Both the position numbers and the translations under genes were made by a program. A stretch of DNA of 44,495 nt, filler included, from Sphacelaria rigidula (lineage: Eukaryota): the NCBI GenBank assembly GCA_964200075.2. It is 2 parts of 2 records of this genome, joined end to end, with 100 filler letters (N's around TTAATTAATTAA, not from the genome) between each part and the next. Parts side by side here need not be neighbours in the genome. Positions count along the whole stretch, not along the records: positions 1 to 22,205 come from CAXNAA020000345.1; 1 more part is not named here. One strand, written 5' to 3'. A model generated the notes under the pieces. It did no database searches. It worked only from the letters and a program-made list of their open reading frames with translations, and was not told the DNA's origin. Shown one piece after another: positions 1-13,900 of this stretch (within the stretch, counting starts at the first letter, position 1; every line of letters begins with the position of its first letter).

Positions 1-1309
1 TCGTGCAAGACAGATATGCCACTTCAACCCCATATTTTGTACGAACCCCAAAATTTAAAATCGGCTGCTTAATGCACGACAATCGATTCATCAATCATTC
101 GATCAATCAGCCATGATCTGACACACTTTTATACTGGATCTCACATGCACTCCCCCCCGAGATGACAATATCGCCATACACACAACAACTGCAGCACGAA
201 TCATGTTGCCTTGTGGAGCTAAGACGCATATGTACGGGTCCTTCATGTTCTGGCGGCACAGACCTTTGCCGCAGATGATGATACCGAGGTAAAGAGAAAA
301 TGATCTCCTGCAAATATTGCACTATCCTCAGGGTTATATCGTTCACTCTTGGTCTTGAACGATGGTCCGTAGCTGATTGTACCTGCCTGTCAAGTGTCTG
401 CTTGCTGACATTCGTGCAGTGTCAGTAATAATCTTTGAACCGTTTGATCAGTGATCATGTGTCGGAGAGGAGATTTTGGAATATGACTCATTTGGCTTGT
501 ACATGTTTCGCTATCTGTTCGGGAGGGTTATCTATCGCTAGTTTGTGTGCTGCGCAAGGTAGAATTGAACCAGGCGCCGACGAGGAGAAAAATCAGAGGT
601 ATAATACATCTGTGCGTCACTATTATTGACATTTTTTGCTCTTTCCACTTCTTTGACTTTGCCGCGTCTTAATTTTGGGGTGGTGGTGAAGAACGTGACA
701 ATATCCTATGCAAAACACTGGATCTGTAGGGGAATCCTGGCGCCTCCTGCTATTTCCGCCGCCGCCGCCAAGAACTCCCCTCCTCAAGATTTGTGGGCAA
801 TCTCACGCTTCGGTATTTTATTTCGGATGTACACATCAATATTCTGAGAGTTGCCGTGCAGTATATGCGAGTGCTGGATGAAACGTAGGCAATCGTCGAA
901 AATGATTCTCCGTGTTCAAGTAGTGGGGCAACTCAACTTTTGGCACTGCTGTACTGCACGAGTATACTACTTAGTTAGTCGGCGTTCTATGTATACGTCG
1001 ATATATTTTCCCCCAAAATCACGTTCGCCCGCACTACGGGTATGGTGTTGCGCCTAAAGACAAATGAGCTTTAAAACTTGGCGCACTATTAGTTCGACAC
1101 TATACACATAGCCACCATGTACGTCAACCAGCGGCACGTTCGGATCCAAGAACGAAAATGGCACCAACAACAGTATTTTGCGATTCGTTGTTAAACCATG
1201 GAAACGCCCCCAATCACCGCGAACTTGGCAGACCAAACTTCGGTCACCATGATTCAATACATTATGTTTGAACACGCTGCTGCAAGAGCTTTCACATTAT
1301 TTGCATCAG

Positions 1310-2489
1310 GGCGGCGACACCTATGCTGGCGAACAACGTCGATCTGTACTGGGATATCATCTGGATGATGACCACGTACTCCATCAATCCATCGGCGTAT
1401 CGCTGTACAAGCCCATTTTGCTCGGTACCACCGTCTGCGCGCGCTATCGGAGCTGCGAAGCTCTGAAACTTCACTGTATGTTCTCAGTTCTCATGGATTT
1501 GGAGCTACACGTTCCAGCAGTGTGCAAGGGGGTGAATAGAGGTCCGATTTTTTCGGAAGAAAATGTTTTGGTTGCTCCAGGCGCAACGCTGACTACGGGT
1601 CTCAGCATGACGCGGAGTTTTGGCCATTCAATCGGAACTGCCCGGCTGACAAATCAACACAGCTATTTGTCGGAACGGACAACACTCATCCAACGATAGG
1701 AAGCATAGTACAAGAGTTATAACTGCGCTCTCCTCGCTTGGCAGTCTCTCGATACTAAGTACTAGCCAGTACGACGGCGACATCGACGCCGTGGAACGTC
1801 TGATCGTTGTAGAAGAGCGCATGCCTCCCTCATCGCCGCACAATAGAGAGAAGAGTTGGGAAAGAAACGCGGCGGGACATACTGTCGCAACGGCACCGCT
1901 GACGGCGGAAAATTTAGTATGCTCCAGTTCGCGATCTTCCCTGCCTAGTATCTCTACTATCGGTATACGTTGCAGTGCAGCGACGGAGGCAAGCGGTTCG
2001 CCACGGTTGCTTCGGTCTACCCCGTGTCCCGCAAACAACAAAATATCGAGAGGTGATGAGGGTGCCTGTTCCTGTCTTGTTATTCGAGTCACCAAAAGCG
2101 TTGACTCGACATTGCACACCAGAACGAGAAAGAGATATAGCGGCTGCTCAGCTCATTGCGGCGGCTCTCCCGAAGACTTCGTTGGGGACGCAGAACAGCA
2201 ACAGAGGCCGGGAGAATCATATGAGCTTGATGAGAACGACGACAATAGCAGCAGCAACAACGGCGGTGGTGATGTTTTGGTAAATTTTCCGTTGAATGAG
2301 TTTCTTCGAGCGACGGAAGGGTTTGCAGCCGGCCCGGAGGTCACGGTTGGGGATGTCTTCACGCCTGTGACGGCCTCGTCTCGACTTTGCCCCGATTTTC
2401 CGGAGGTGAGTCTTGATATCTATCTTGATGCCAGCGGACGAGGAGCAGTGAGCGCAGACTCAGGAGGTGAAGTGAGAGAGGAAGTATAA
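1310..2489 (+). CDS. Probable last exons of an unidentified multi-exon gene (upstream exons unresolved or outside the window)
   Basis: Candidate exons 1310-1531 (ttgcatcag|GGC...GGG|gtgaat) and 1770-2489 (ctagccag|TAC...TAA) join in phase 0 as ...DLELHVPAVCKG|YDGDIDAVERLIVVEE..., followed by a long S/E/D-rich tail. No family recognised. Confidence 0.4.
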
Positions 2490-3555
2490 ATACAGGTGGT
2501 ATGGTCCGTGTAAGACCGTATTCTCCTTCGGTCACAGATCACATATAGGTTCACCTTTCTCGGGGTGGAGGTGGTTGTTCCGCGTTTTCCCTAAACACCG
2601 TTAACAGCCCTCTCTCCAGGATATTGTGTGTGAGTTTTTTCCCTCGCTCTTTATGCTCAAGCATCGAAGACTCGTGTCCTCTTTTTCCTGATCAGGCGTG
2701 TACTTTTCGGGGAAGAAATCTGATACGAGCTGGGCCAGCCAAGAGTAGGTGTGAATCTTGCTCAGGCGACGCACGGCGCGATGTTAGGAGTTGGACGCTG
2801 AAATTTTGACAGCATCTTTTTAGGATCGAAATGCAGAAGATCACGTGGCCAGTAACAGAAAAAAAGAAGTTATGGGCGTTTGACAATTCAGCAAAAACAA
2901 GTCATGAGTCCAAAAAAAAAAGGAGAATCTGCAGCTGGACACGTGAAGTACCAATTCCTTGGGTGCAGAAGGTCTTCCTGGAATTTCAGCTCAAGAGTCG
3001 TCGAATTAGGCCGCACGTTCAACATTTTCCGTGACGCTGTTGCGCCCCTATAAATCAAGTGATGGGAGACTCCAATTATGGAGCTCATGAGTTCGTCGTT
3101 AAGTTCATACATTGTGCAGTACATTTTTGTTTTTTTATCCAGCGGCCGTGCCGTGTGTCTCCAGGTTGGTCTACACTTCACAGTGATATGCTTACATCGG
3201 GTTTATTCGGGAAACTTGAGGAGCTGTGGTGTGAGCAAGTTTTAGCAGTTTCTAAGCTGGCCCAGCTCGTACCGGATTTGAAAAGCTATTGGAATGTTCC
3301 CGAGGGATTCTATCTATTTCTTGAAAAAATAAAATAGACCAACATGTCGAAAAACAAACGGATCTGGAGGGTAATTTTGTTCGTTTTTTTTTTGCGATTG
3401 CCAGTTATTGATCTTATAATGGAGTGCAGCAGGCGCTTCACCTCATCAATACCACGAGGGCAATTCTTCTGCTTCCTCCAGAAAACCGAAGCTTGACGAG
3501 ATATCGTGCACTCTGTTTTCCCCCTCAGTGAATTACCCCCCCCGGCACCGGTCAA

Positions 3556-3642
3556 CGCGCTTGGTAATTGACTGCGAGTCTGGCCCGACCAAAACCCGGC
3601 GTGCTCCGCCACGGCTTCTGTAGGGATGCGAGGTCAATGGTC
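3556..3642 (+). mobile_element. Interspersed repeat family B (probable LINE 3' end), copy 1
   Basis: Aligns by eye with 12378-12498, 18882-18987 (reverse) and 22310-22430; core GCGAGcCTGGtCCGgCaAAAaCCCGGCGTGCTCCg...GGGATGCGAGGTCAAtGGTC. Confidence 0.7.
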
Positions 3643-3660
3643 ACACCCACTCCGGGAAAT

Positions 3661-3838
3661 CAGGTTACCGGGGGGGGGGAGGGGGACACTTCTTTTTTTG
3701 CTGTGACCATGATAGTGGACGAGCTAGGTAATATTGGGCGGGGTGGGAGAATCTGAACGCCGCACAAAGGGGATGCTCGCACTACGTGTTTATATGTTAG
3801 GACACCCATGAGACAGTGTGTAATCTGTGGCTGTCTGG
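3661..3838. repeat. Interspersed repeat family C, copy 1
   Basis: Similar to 12059-12242: CAGGTTACCG...CATGATrGTrG-CGAGCTAG...TGGGAGAA...CCGCACAAAGGGGA...ACTACGT...ACCCATGAG-CAGTGT. Confidence 0.7.
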
Positions 3839-3856
3839 CAAGCTTTCTCCGACAGC

Positions 3857-3952
3857 GCAGGAGTCCCCGCCCCCCTGCTCGAAACTGCTCCGCCTCGTAA
3901 GGGATGCGTAGTCAATGGGCAAACGAGTTCGGCATGCAATAAGTTAGTGCGC
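3857..3952 (+). mobile_element. Diverged 3' end of LINE family A
   Basis: Translates ...APPRKGCVVNGQT, matching the end of the LINE fragment at 27759-28185 (APSRKGCVVNGQT). Confidence 0.65.
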
Positions 3953-5029
3953 CCGCCGGCTGCTCGGAACGCCCCCCTCGCCCCCCCACCCACCCTCCCC
4001 CACGGCTTTTTCAAACTTTAGCTTCATTTCGTGATAATGGCGGCTACCCACCCCCTTGGCCTCCCCATTTTTTACCTTTATGCAAATTGGGGGTGTTTCT
4101 CCTTCTATTAATAGAAGAATCCTGATCGATCCTTGACTCGAGGCACTTGTGTTGTAGAGATAATAGAGAGACCAGAGTATGTTTCTCGCGTTATCGAAAT
4201 TCATTCACTCCACCATGCGTCAATTGACTATTTTCACTATTTTGGCTATTTTGACTACGTTGATATCACCGCAGGACCAATGCAATACATTCGATCTTCT
4301 CGTGCTCTTAGCATCGCCACATATGCAGGATACTCTCACGTTTTCGTCTCATCTTGTCATAAGGGACGGCCGAATCTGGGCGCACTCGAAGAATCATCGC
4401 AAGAGCCCGTGATCGCCGCATACATCGCCGGCTTAGATCGTTGTGACCGCCGACGCCTATGCGTGGAAAGGACGTTTCATGACTCGTCACAGGGACGCCG
4501 ACCAACGCCCACAAGCACCACGACTGTAACCGACCACAATCCAAACAAGTGGACTGCCGGAGACCATCAAGCAACTCGACCAGCAACTTCCTCGGCTGCA
4601 AGTCGCGGATGCAGTCCCTTTACTCCACGAGCTCCTAGCTCCCAACCCTATCAGCGGTCATCTCCATGTGGACCGCACCCAAACGTCCACCGTCAGACAA
4701 TCCATTCATCATCTCTCTCGTTCGCCGATATGAGACGACCACACCCACGTGAAGGAGCAGCAGACTTCTCACAATTCGGACCCGCCTCACCGCGGTCGGA
4801 TTCTAGCCCCCCCAAGCAAAGAAAGCACCTTGTAAAGATGATGACCCCGGCGGGCTACGGTACACCACCATCTGTATATATCACTCGAGCTCGGATAGCA
4901 ACGTCCAGGGCAAAAGCATCAACAAGATCGACCAAAGAGTTTCTAAAAGGAGCCAGACGCAGCCCTGACGAACGATCAACAGCACTGGAACCTGCGGAGA
5001 ATAAAACTAACACTGCCCAGGGAGGGGGG

Positions 5030-5400
5030 GCGAGGGGCAGCTGTGTTTGGAAGATTGACAGGGAAGGGCAGCAGCGTGCACGTAGGGATACGGACCTCTT
5101 CTGGTTCCCGAATGAGGATACGACGATTGCCGGTGTCACTGGGGACGCGAGGTTCATGAAGAATGTGGGATTCCAAGAAGAAGCAAACGTGTTGTTAGTG
5201 TCGAAAGCCGCGATGGTTCTGACCAGGAACCACAGGCGGGTTTCAGCAGGGGTCGCGTCTTCTCCTGTCTAACCATGTTTTTGCGGGCGGATGGTGAGGC
5301 TACGGTAGGCTCGCGAGTGCTCGCTGTGTAGTGTATGTTTGCCATGTAACGTATGACGTTCTAGAATATCTCGGTATTGGCAATTAACAGTGAATGAAAT
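5030..5400 (+). mobile_element. Possible degenerate non-LTR (RTE-like) retrotransposon 3' fragment
   Basis: Resembles from memory a common brown-algal repeat end (GTAGGCTCGCGAGTGCTCGCTGTGTAG...TTCTAGAATATCTCG...AACAGTGAATG). There is no second copy in the window to confirm it. Confidence 0.3.
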
Positions 5401-5427
5401 AAGTAGTAATGTCACGATTCAGTTATG

Positions 5428-8400
5428 TCAACATGGTATGCTGCTGTCAAGCAGTCGCAGAATCTCTTCGTCAGATAGTCGGTTCCAACCGACATGCCCG
5501 ACGCCTCCGCCCGCACCCCTCTCCCCCCAACCACTACCACCAGCGCTGCTCCCAACAACAACCCCAGCACCAACAGAAACATCGCGTTTCCCACGCTCCT
5601 CCATCACATCCTCTAGCACCCCTCCTCGCCCACGTCGCCGCCCCCCTTCCTTGCCTAAAATCCTTACACGACGCGAGGGAGACACTTCTACCGGGTCGGC
5701 ACCGCAAACTGAACTCGTTGCATTCGAAAGCCCTGTTGCCCCACCGCTGCCCCCAGCGATCGACGAAGGTTTTGAAGCCGCGCCCCAAGCCTTTCGACGA
5801 GTTTTGAACATCGCCCAGAGGTGCTCGTCCCTGGTAGGAACGGCGTGCAGCCGCTCAGCAAACAGACGCCGCAGCTTGTTTTCGCTTTCTTTTGCCAAGG
5901 AGTATGCTTCCTGCCCCCACGCCGGCTTACGTGGTGATCTGCGTGTCGGAGGCGGGGTCGTTGGGGCTGACATGGTATTGCGGGGTAGGTACTTTAGTAG
6001 CAATAAAAGCTACGTATGTCACGCCGTATCATCCGAGCTGACTCGGTGGTGTGTGTACGGTAAGAGGCAAGGTGCGGGATATCAATAATGTTCTGAGAGG
6101 GGGGTTGGCGGCTACCCCCGCACGTGATTGAATGATGTTATGATGCTTTCTGGTGTTTCTTACGTATTGCCCACCGGGGTCCCACCTGGTACTGGCGCTG
6201 GGAAGCACATCTTCTGTAGAGTGTCGTGGATGCAATTTCTCGCGCTCAACCTTGACAGCTGAATTTGAGGCTGATCGTACCGAGGACGACACTCGGCGGG
6301 GTCTCGAGGTATCGCCATCGCTTCGGTTGTTGCTAGATATGTCGCCGAGAACAGGATGACAAGGGGGAAGAAGACGCGTTGTTTGTTCGAGAAGGTTCGG
6401 GTTGGCAGCTCGAGAACGCGGATCATGGCCAGTTTTAGAAATCTTTGGGCGGGGGATAAACCAGGTCGTTGCCTTGTTTTCTACCGAAGGATGCTCCGTC
6501 TCCCTCCGTGGCCCCTCTCTGTAGCCTAGCGTGGCATAACTCAAATCTAGTACCCTCGTAAACTGCACAAGCGGTCACTATACCAAGTCATTGGATAAAA
6601 ACAAAACGCGTGGCACTTCAAGGCTTGTGCGACGACGGAAACCTGCAGAAAATCCAGGTTGCGTATCGAATCAGCACGAATGGTTGTAGCCGGGGTGGAA
6701 CAGCCGTGCTGTGCATGTAGCGTGTAGGGTCTATCGTGGGCAGTCACCTCATGATGGAACCTCGCTGACGAAGGTGAGGAAGGGATTTTATTCGCAGAAT
6801 GTGCTACGCGAACCTTCGAATCAGTGCTCCAGGATATTCAACGGAAATCTCTGTTCACCTCAGGACGTTTCTTTGCTAGAACCCGTGAATACAGCCATCC
6901 ACATGTCGTACCTTTCATTATTCGTAGTGGTAGTCGAGAGTGGAGCAGATAACAGTTGGTGTCGATCGGACTGGCGGCAAATCCGAGTCGGTGCGGTGTG
7001 CTCATTTGTACAGCTTGCATCTCCCGTCAGCTTGCCTTGCGGAGGCAAGGATTTCAGGGTGAAATAATACAGGTGCATGGAACCAGGTGGCCTCCTGCTT
7101 ATTCAAGAATACCGTCCGATGCAATGCTACGCTCGACCTCTCGTATGGTGTAGGATCCGAAAGTGACGACATGGGCCATCATCCTCTATACCATATTTAA
7201 CATGGCATAGGATCCAAACGGTGTTTACGTGTTGGGTTGTCAACAGCTGCACTGAGCGCTACCTAGCTAGCGGGTAATACTCGCGGATAACCGTTGAAGC
7301 CTTCCCTCGTACCCTTCTCCCCTGTCCAAGTATCGTGCGAAGCGAGATTCGTCGTCGGTGCTTCACTATGGGTTTGCGCGGCGTGCCGATAGTCCTTGCA
7401 TTGTGGGTGGTGAAGTGGTGGAGTGGCAAGTACTTGGGGACGACATACTGCAACTCTTAACGAGCTGCAAAGTCGACACCAGAGTAAGACAAAGACAGGC
7501 AAAGACATGGGGAGAGAAGGTGGTGGTATGCGGTATACGGGCTGGTGACACTACTAATATACTACCTCCGAAGTCGAACTGCCGACTTAGGCGTCCGGCT
7601 TCCTCGTTCCCGGGGTCAAGTTCGACCGCCTTGCGATAGTCTGCATGCGCCTCAGCGGCTTTACCCTGAAAGTAGAGCGCTTGCCCCCTGGACGTGTAGT
7701 AGGCGGAAACCTGTCAGGCCCATTTTTCACCGTCAGTTGATGGGTTAGAGAGCGGCGTCAGGGGCGGACTACGGTTGGGAGTTGAGGTCAGCCAGTCGTT
7801 GTTCAGCGGGTCAATATTCGGTGTCGCTATCTAAATGTAACAGGACAACCATAATTCTTGGCATTGCTCCTTTGCGAGCGACGTTACGAAGACGGAAGGA
7901 ACTACCGGCACTTTCCACCGGTACAATTATCCGGTTACAGTACAGCGTGTTCTAGAACATCAAGACCTCATGGATGAAGGGGGTACACCCAGAGCTTTGC
8001 ATTCGTGGAAGAGAAGAGCGGATCCAAATAAGGTTGTGTGATATCGAACTCTTTGCTTTAACCGAAGCAAATACGCCGCGTGAATTTTATTGAATCACTA
8101 ATGGGAACACTCGTGCTCGCTGACATGTGACTTGTGCCGAATTCGTTAGCTAACTCGAAATTAATGGACGCAAGGCACCCAAGGCACCCCAAATGAAAAC
8201 ACAATATAACCCTTGAGGTACTAGTGCTGGGATCGCCCTCCTTCAAGCCACGCTTTACACCGAGCCCTGATTCCCCGCACACAACGGTTGCTTCTCTTGC
8301 ACCTTCCAGTTGTACTGGATGGCGGCGTCAAGCTCGCTTATGGCCTCCTGGAACAGTCCTTTGTTGAATAGGAGGTTTCCCTACATACGGGGGTTTAAAC

Positions 8401-10949
8401 GTAATGCGGAAAGCAAGAAAAACGTAGAGAGATTAGGGCGATTTCCGGAGTCCTGGTATAAATTATTGGTCGCGATGGCTGTTCCTTCCCCAACCCTGCC
8501 ATCATATTCACCATGGTAGGTCGCGATAAGAGGATAGCAACACCATGAAGCCTTTCATGGAACTTCCTTGGAGATACGACAGCACCTGGAAGAATGACAG
8601 ACCCGCGAGAGGTCCAGCGAGAACCCGGTTCGCCGAAAATCTGTGTGCGAATGTATGTGGTTTCCATCCTTGCGGTTGGTAACGTGACCAACCGAGAGGT
8701 CCACGCCTGTCTCAACCCGAATCCGGACCCTAAAGCAGTTCTAGCCCTACACCCACACCTTCGCACCTCTTGTGGGCGTTCGTGCAGCGTACAACTAGCC
8801 AGTGTGCTCTGCTAGGTCGGACGTCTAGGTTATGCGCCCTGATCCGGGGTACGGATCGGCTGTGGGCATTGCTAGAGCATAAATTTGGGCTGTGTACCGT
8901 TATTATGATCGCACTATGGAAGTGACATGCGGCAGAGGAATGCATGAGCCGTGACTGCAGGCAACGGCGTGACAACATGACGACCGCAACACTTGACGGC
9001 TTGATTGATGTTCTGGACTGCGATGGCATGGTTTTAGTGTCCGTACTTGATGGTTGATATAGTTTTTACGATTGGCTTTCTGTAGGGCCCGGGAAAATGC
9101 CCGGTGGACTTCGCGACGGAATAACGAAGACAACAAAGCTATCCGCGTGCTTGACAATCGCTGGCAATGGCCTCTCAGCATTGCTCCTTGCCTGAAGAAT
9201 GGACGGCGTCACTTGCGCCAAGGGCGGTGGTGACGAAGAAACCGGCACGTAGTCGTGCAAAGATTCATGCATGTCAGCAAGGTCCAAGAAAAGCGACTTG
9301 TCGGGGTAGATTAGATTGGGTTAAATCCGCTCGACCGACCTTGAGATAGTGTGCGAGAGATAGGCGTGTCTTGACCATCCAGTTTCCAGGCTCCACCTCG
9401 AGCGCTCGCTTGTAGTCTGCGGCGGCGCGGCCGGCCGACCCGTTTGATCGGTGACAGTCGCCCCTGAATAATGAAAAAAAATCAAGGAAACCGACGCACC
9501 GTCCGCTCGTCCCTACCGCCAGTCGGCTCGATCAGCATGTTTGGCGCAGTGGGTTTGGAGGGTCTTTATCCCCCGTAACGTGCAACAGTCCCAGCGTCCT
9601 TCATGAAGGAAAATCCGACGGTAGGATTCATGGGCGCCTATTTGAGATCGAGGACGACTGTAGACCAATACCCGCCGTCGTGCTCACCGGTCACTCTTCC
9701 ATGGTCAAGTACGATTTCCGCAATGTCGACTTTATACGATGTGTACGTCAAGTCCAAGTATAGAATGGTGTACCTCAGCTGATTAATGTAACCCCATGCG
9801 TTCTCTACTTCCCGTCACAGATGACAATAACACTGTCTTTGACGAACCATTACGTGGAAGGACTCCCTGGGTCTGTCAGTGGTTCCCTCCTTCTCACCTG
9901 TTCAACAGAAATCTAGAATCTAAGCCTCTTTCAGTAGCTCGAGCAAAGGATTTGTCCCCCTCCACCGCGAGGTCAAGCGCTGACACAGCCTGGTGATGAA
10001 CAGCGCAAAATAGCGAGGGATGATGAGCGTGTAAGTATTCGCCAAATCATACGCGCTTTGCTTGCAGCATTACAGCGACGACGCATATTCGAACCCCGGC
10101 GATGCGTCTTTACGGGGCGTCGGTGTACGATAGTACCTATTCCCGACGCTCACTGACCACAGTCAAAGACTGGCTGGCTACTCATGGCATCGAAAGTCAG
10201 AACTATTGAGAGCCAACACAGATCGATGTGGTGCAAGCACTGCCTCACTCCCTCAGAAGAATGCTTCATGCTGCAGGCGCCCGAAAGAATCCGGCCACAG
10301 ACAGTTGAGGGCTTCAGATGTGAAGCACCGTATCTCCTCAAACCCTTGCGAGTATGTCGGTCCGTGGATGCCGCCTTGTTTTAACAATATGATGTCTCTG
10401 ATATAACGAATAATTGGTGGTGTTGTCGCTAATACTGTCTAGTTGGCGAATCCCTTTATCGCTGAAGACACACCCGCGACTTTCCCGTCGCCGTTTGAGT
10501 TCGAGCCTGCATCATAGGGGACATCATGGCCCGCCGGAAACACCCAGTTCTTCCAGCTGTAAAGCACCCAAGCCTCGCGCTCGTTTCCGAAGAAAAAATT
10601 ACATGAGGTTGCATCCGTGCAACAAAAGAAGTAATATGGTTGGGCACCATATGTTACAATACGGGTGAATGACAAACTCACAGTTCAGATAGTATTGCGT
10701 ACCCACGCGGGCATTTGTTGGTCCGCAGAGCATTCAGCGACGTTGACAAGCTGTTGTGAAACTTCGTGCCGGAAAGATTATCCATACCTTGTCACCCCTT
10801 CGCGTAATCTCCATACTCGAAAAATACGGCGCGTTGTCGTGACTGCTCTGATGCAAGTTTGTCAGACCACCGACATGTCGGGGCTAATATAGAGTAGTTG
10901 TGTATTACTCGACACATTACTTGTTCTTTGGTACAAATGGCATATGTCG

Positions 10950-10986
<37 letters not shown>

Positions 10987-13900
10987 CTTCACATTAAAAT
11001 CCGTTTCAATATCTGCGCAGTACTCTGTCCTTCGTCTGTGACCACCGGTTCCCGAGATCGGACTAATGTGCGGAAATAATAATGACTCTGTACTGAGCAT
11101 CTGATGCGGACGCCTTACGTCGTCACAGGCTAACTACTCAAATTAGGGTAAAACAAAATCAAAATAGAATTGGACCCAGAAAAATTCACACAGGCGCGAT
11201 ACAGAGAGGGAGGGGGGGGGGGCGTACTCATTTGTTGCTTGCCTTAGTCGTTTGACCATTGACCACGCATCCCTTTCGAGATGGAGCAGAGGGAGGGGGG
11301 GGAGCCACCGAAAATAAAAAGAAGAAGAAAAGGGAGAAGGCATATAGTCACTGAAAAATACTCTTCAACCTCGGCGCACCTTGCCGTACTCTCCTCGGTC
11401 GAACATGTCCAAGGCCCAATCATTTAGCACAAGACACCGCTGTCTCGTGATGTAGCTGGGCTCTTCATATCTCGCCTCATCGACACTGCTACTATCGCCC
11501 CTGCCTTCTCGCCGTACATCCTCTCGTTTCCTTTCCTGTCCTTCCTCGCCTCCAGTATCTTTCACGCCTTCGCCAGCAATGACGCCGCCGCCGTCGGCAA
11601 AACTAAATTCGCCATCTGTCCAATTTTGACCCGTCGGGGTTTCATCTGTCGATATCTCTCTGTCCGATCCTGGCTGTGAACAACCACTGTGTGTCGCCTG
11701 AGGATCGTGCCAACGATATTCTGGATCGGACCCAGCGTGGGGTATGGCGAGCCGAAATTTCTGCCGGAGCTCGGATGCCAGCCTCTCTTGCTCGGCCTGT
11801 TTTATTATCAAGAGTAGTCACGTATCACCATGCACTCTCCGAGGAGATCACAAGCATGCAAATAGCTGCATTTACAGTAAGTGTGCGCTGTGAATACGAG
11901 AAGCAGCACAAAACAGCCGTGAAAAAATCTCCCGCGCTGCGCCAGAGCCTTGCTACGATAGCCCTCCCCCCAAAACCCAGCCCAGGAACCCCGATGGGAT
12001 TGACGTCGGTTGGTGATGACGCTGTAAAACACGCCACTCACTGCGTAAGCTAGACAACCAGGTTACCGATTTTGTTTCGCGTTCTTGCGTTTTTTCCCCC
12101 GGTAATCATGATGGTAGTCGAGCTAGATCGTGTTGTGCGGCGTGGGAGAACCTCAACTCCGCACAAAGGGGACGATCGTACTACGTAGTGTTTACATCGC
12201 CAGAAACCCATGAGGCAGTGTATAAGCCGTGGCTGTGTCTGGAAGTGGCAATGTCAAAAAATGAAGCAACTTATTGTTGGCTGTCATCCGAATGCAAGAT
12301 AATCAGTACGCTTCGGGCCGAACAACCTTAGCAGGATGCAGCTGATCCTTCATACGAATCATCGGACACACCACGGTGCTTCGCGCTTAGTGATTGATTG
12401 CGAGCCTGGTCCGGCAAAAACCCGGCGTGCTCTGTCCCGGCTTTGTGAGGATGTGAGGTCAATGGTCTCATGACAATGGCGTGCATGTTCATGGGTACAC
12501 CCTCCTCCCCCCCCCCAAAACTCACCCCAAAACTGTCGAGAAGAAAATCATCATGCAGCTCTTGATCTCAGGTTTCAGGCTGCGTGAAGCGACTCATATA
12601 GTCGACAGTGGCGAAAACGAACCGAAGCGTGGGAATTCCCAGCTGTTCGTCGTGCTCGACTTTTTTCATTTCGATTTACGTGTACATTTTGCCTCCCCAA
12701 ACCAGTCCCTTTTTTGACGGGGCTATCGTGGAGAGTGTCCTCCCGTCTAGTCTCAGTTTTTTTGCGTCGGAAAAGTATTTCACAGTGTCATCGTGCCACC
12801 CGTCATTTTTCTTTTTCGTCACGCTCTCAACCCCTCTCCATTCTCGGGACGAGTCCGTGGTCTACTAGTCTCAAACGATCAAACTCATCTCTTCCCCGGT
12901 ACATGACTTACATTGTGGCATCGTGGATTGGATCATGACCAAAACTCCCGCAGCGCGTCGATTCTCGCCAAACACATTTGTTTTGGCACTCAAGTGCTGA
13001 AGGTTTTCAAGGACGGAAATCAGATAATCCCAACGGTCGGGTGAATAATATGATTCGTCTGGAAATTACTCGATTTTATCGTGGTTGATTCGTACCGTAC
13101 GAATCAATCATTAGTACAGTCGAGGAACGCACCTACACTGCTTTGAAGATCCACAGGCTAGACATAAACCCCCAACACCGTTGTGATATCCACTGTGTCT
13201 ACCGAATGTTTCGCGCATCACACCAAACTGTGTAATACAATGAAAGAAGCGCACCCTACATGATCATCCATGTCCAAGAGCTTAGAGGGAAACAATGTCG
13301 TCTTGTTATCGGCAGTCAAATCTTTCAGGGGGTGAGGGCAATTTGATGAGCACGGACTACTCCGCTGCTTCACCAATTCTGTTTCTCGTCAAACTTTCCA
13401 ACCTCTCCTCTTCCTCGGGACTACTCCGTGGTTTCGGGGGCTCATCCCACCCCTCCCCCGGTGCACATGTTATCCTTTAATCACGAACAAAATGAACCAC
13501 CACGATTGATACGCCGTCGCACGCAATGCAACTATGTTCATTAATCGAATCGGCCACCTTTTCTCGCCAGTGAGTCGAAGGAGACCGCTAACAATTGATG
13601 AACCACACACACCAAATTGGTGCCGGTTGGACGAGCGGTACTACTGTCGCGACCAAAGAGCGAAGGCAACTAACTGTACGCGTTGCGGCCACCTGCGTTT
13701 CCAGTTCCCCTTCAATATTTTCCAAGTTTATATTTCGAGGCACAGTCCGGAAGGTCACTGCCTCGATTCCTCCATGGCTCCTGCGTCCGAAGATATCGAG
13801 CACCGAATCACACCGACCGGAAGCAACGAGATGCTGAACGGATTTAAGCGGCAAGGTAGATGTGAGCGATGCTGCTCCGCCATGAAATACCCACCCCGCA

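Noticed and set aside
4133..5272. Longest ORF in the window (379 aa)
   Set aside because: S/R/P/T-rich with no recognisable domain and a non-ATG start. It lies between repeat fragments and its 3' part overlaps a probable retroelement end, so it is most likely a chance or relic ORF.
10439..10681. Cys/Phe pattern (YYFFCCTDATSCNFFF) reminiscent of a GRF zinc finger
   Set aside because: First half of the motif is absent, it is intronic, and TTC16 exon phases join without it.
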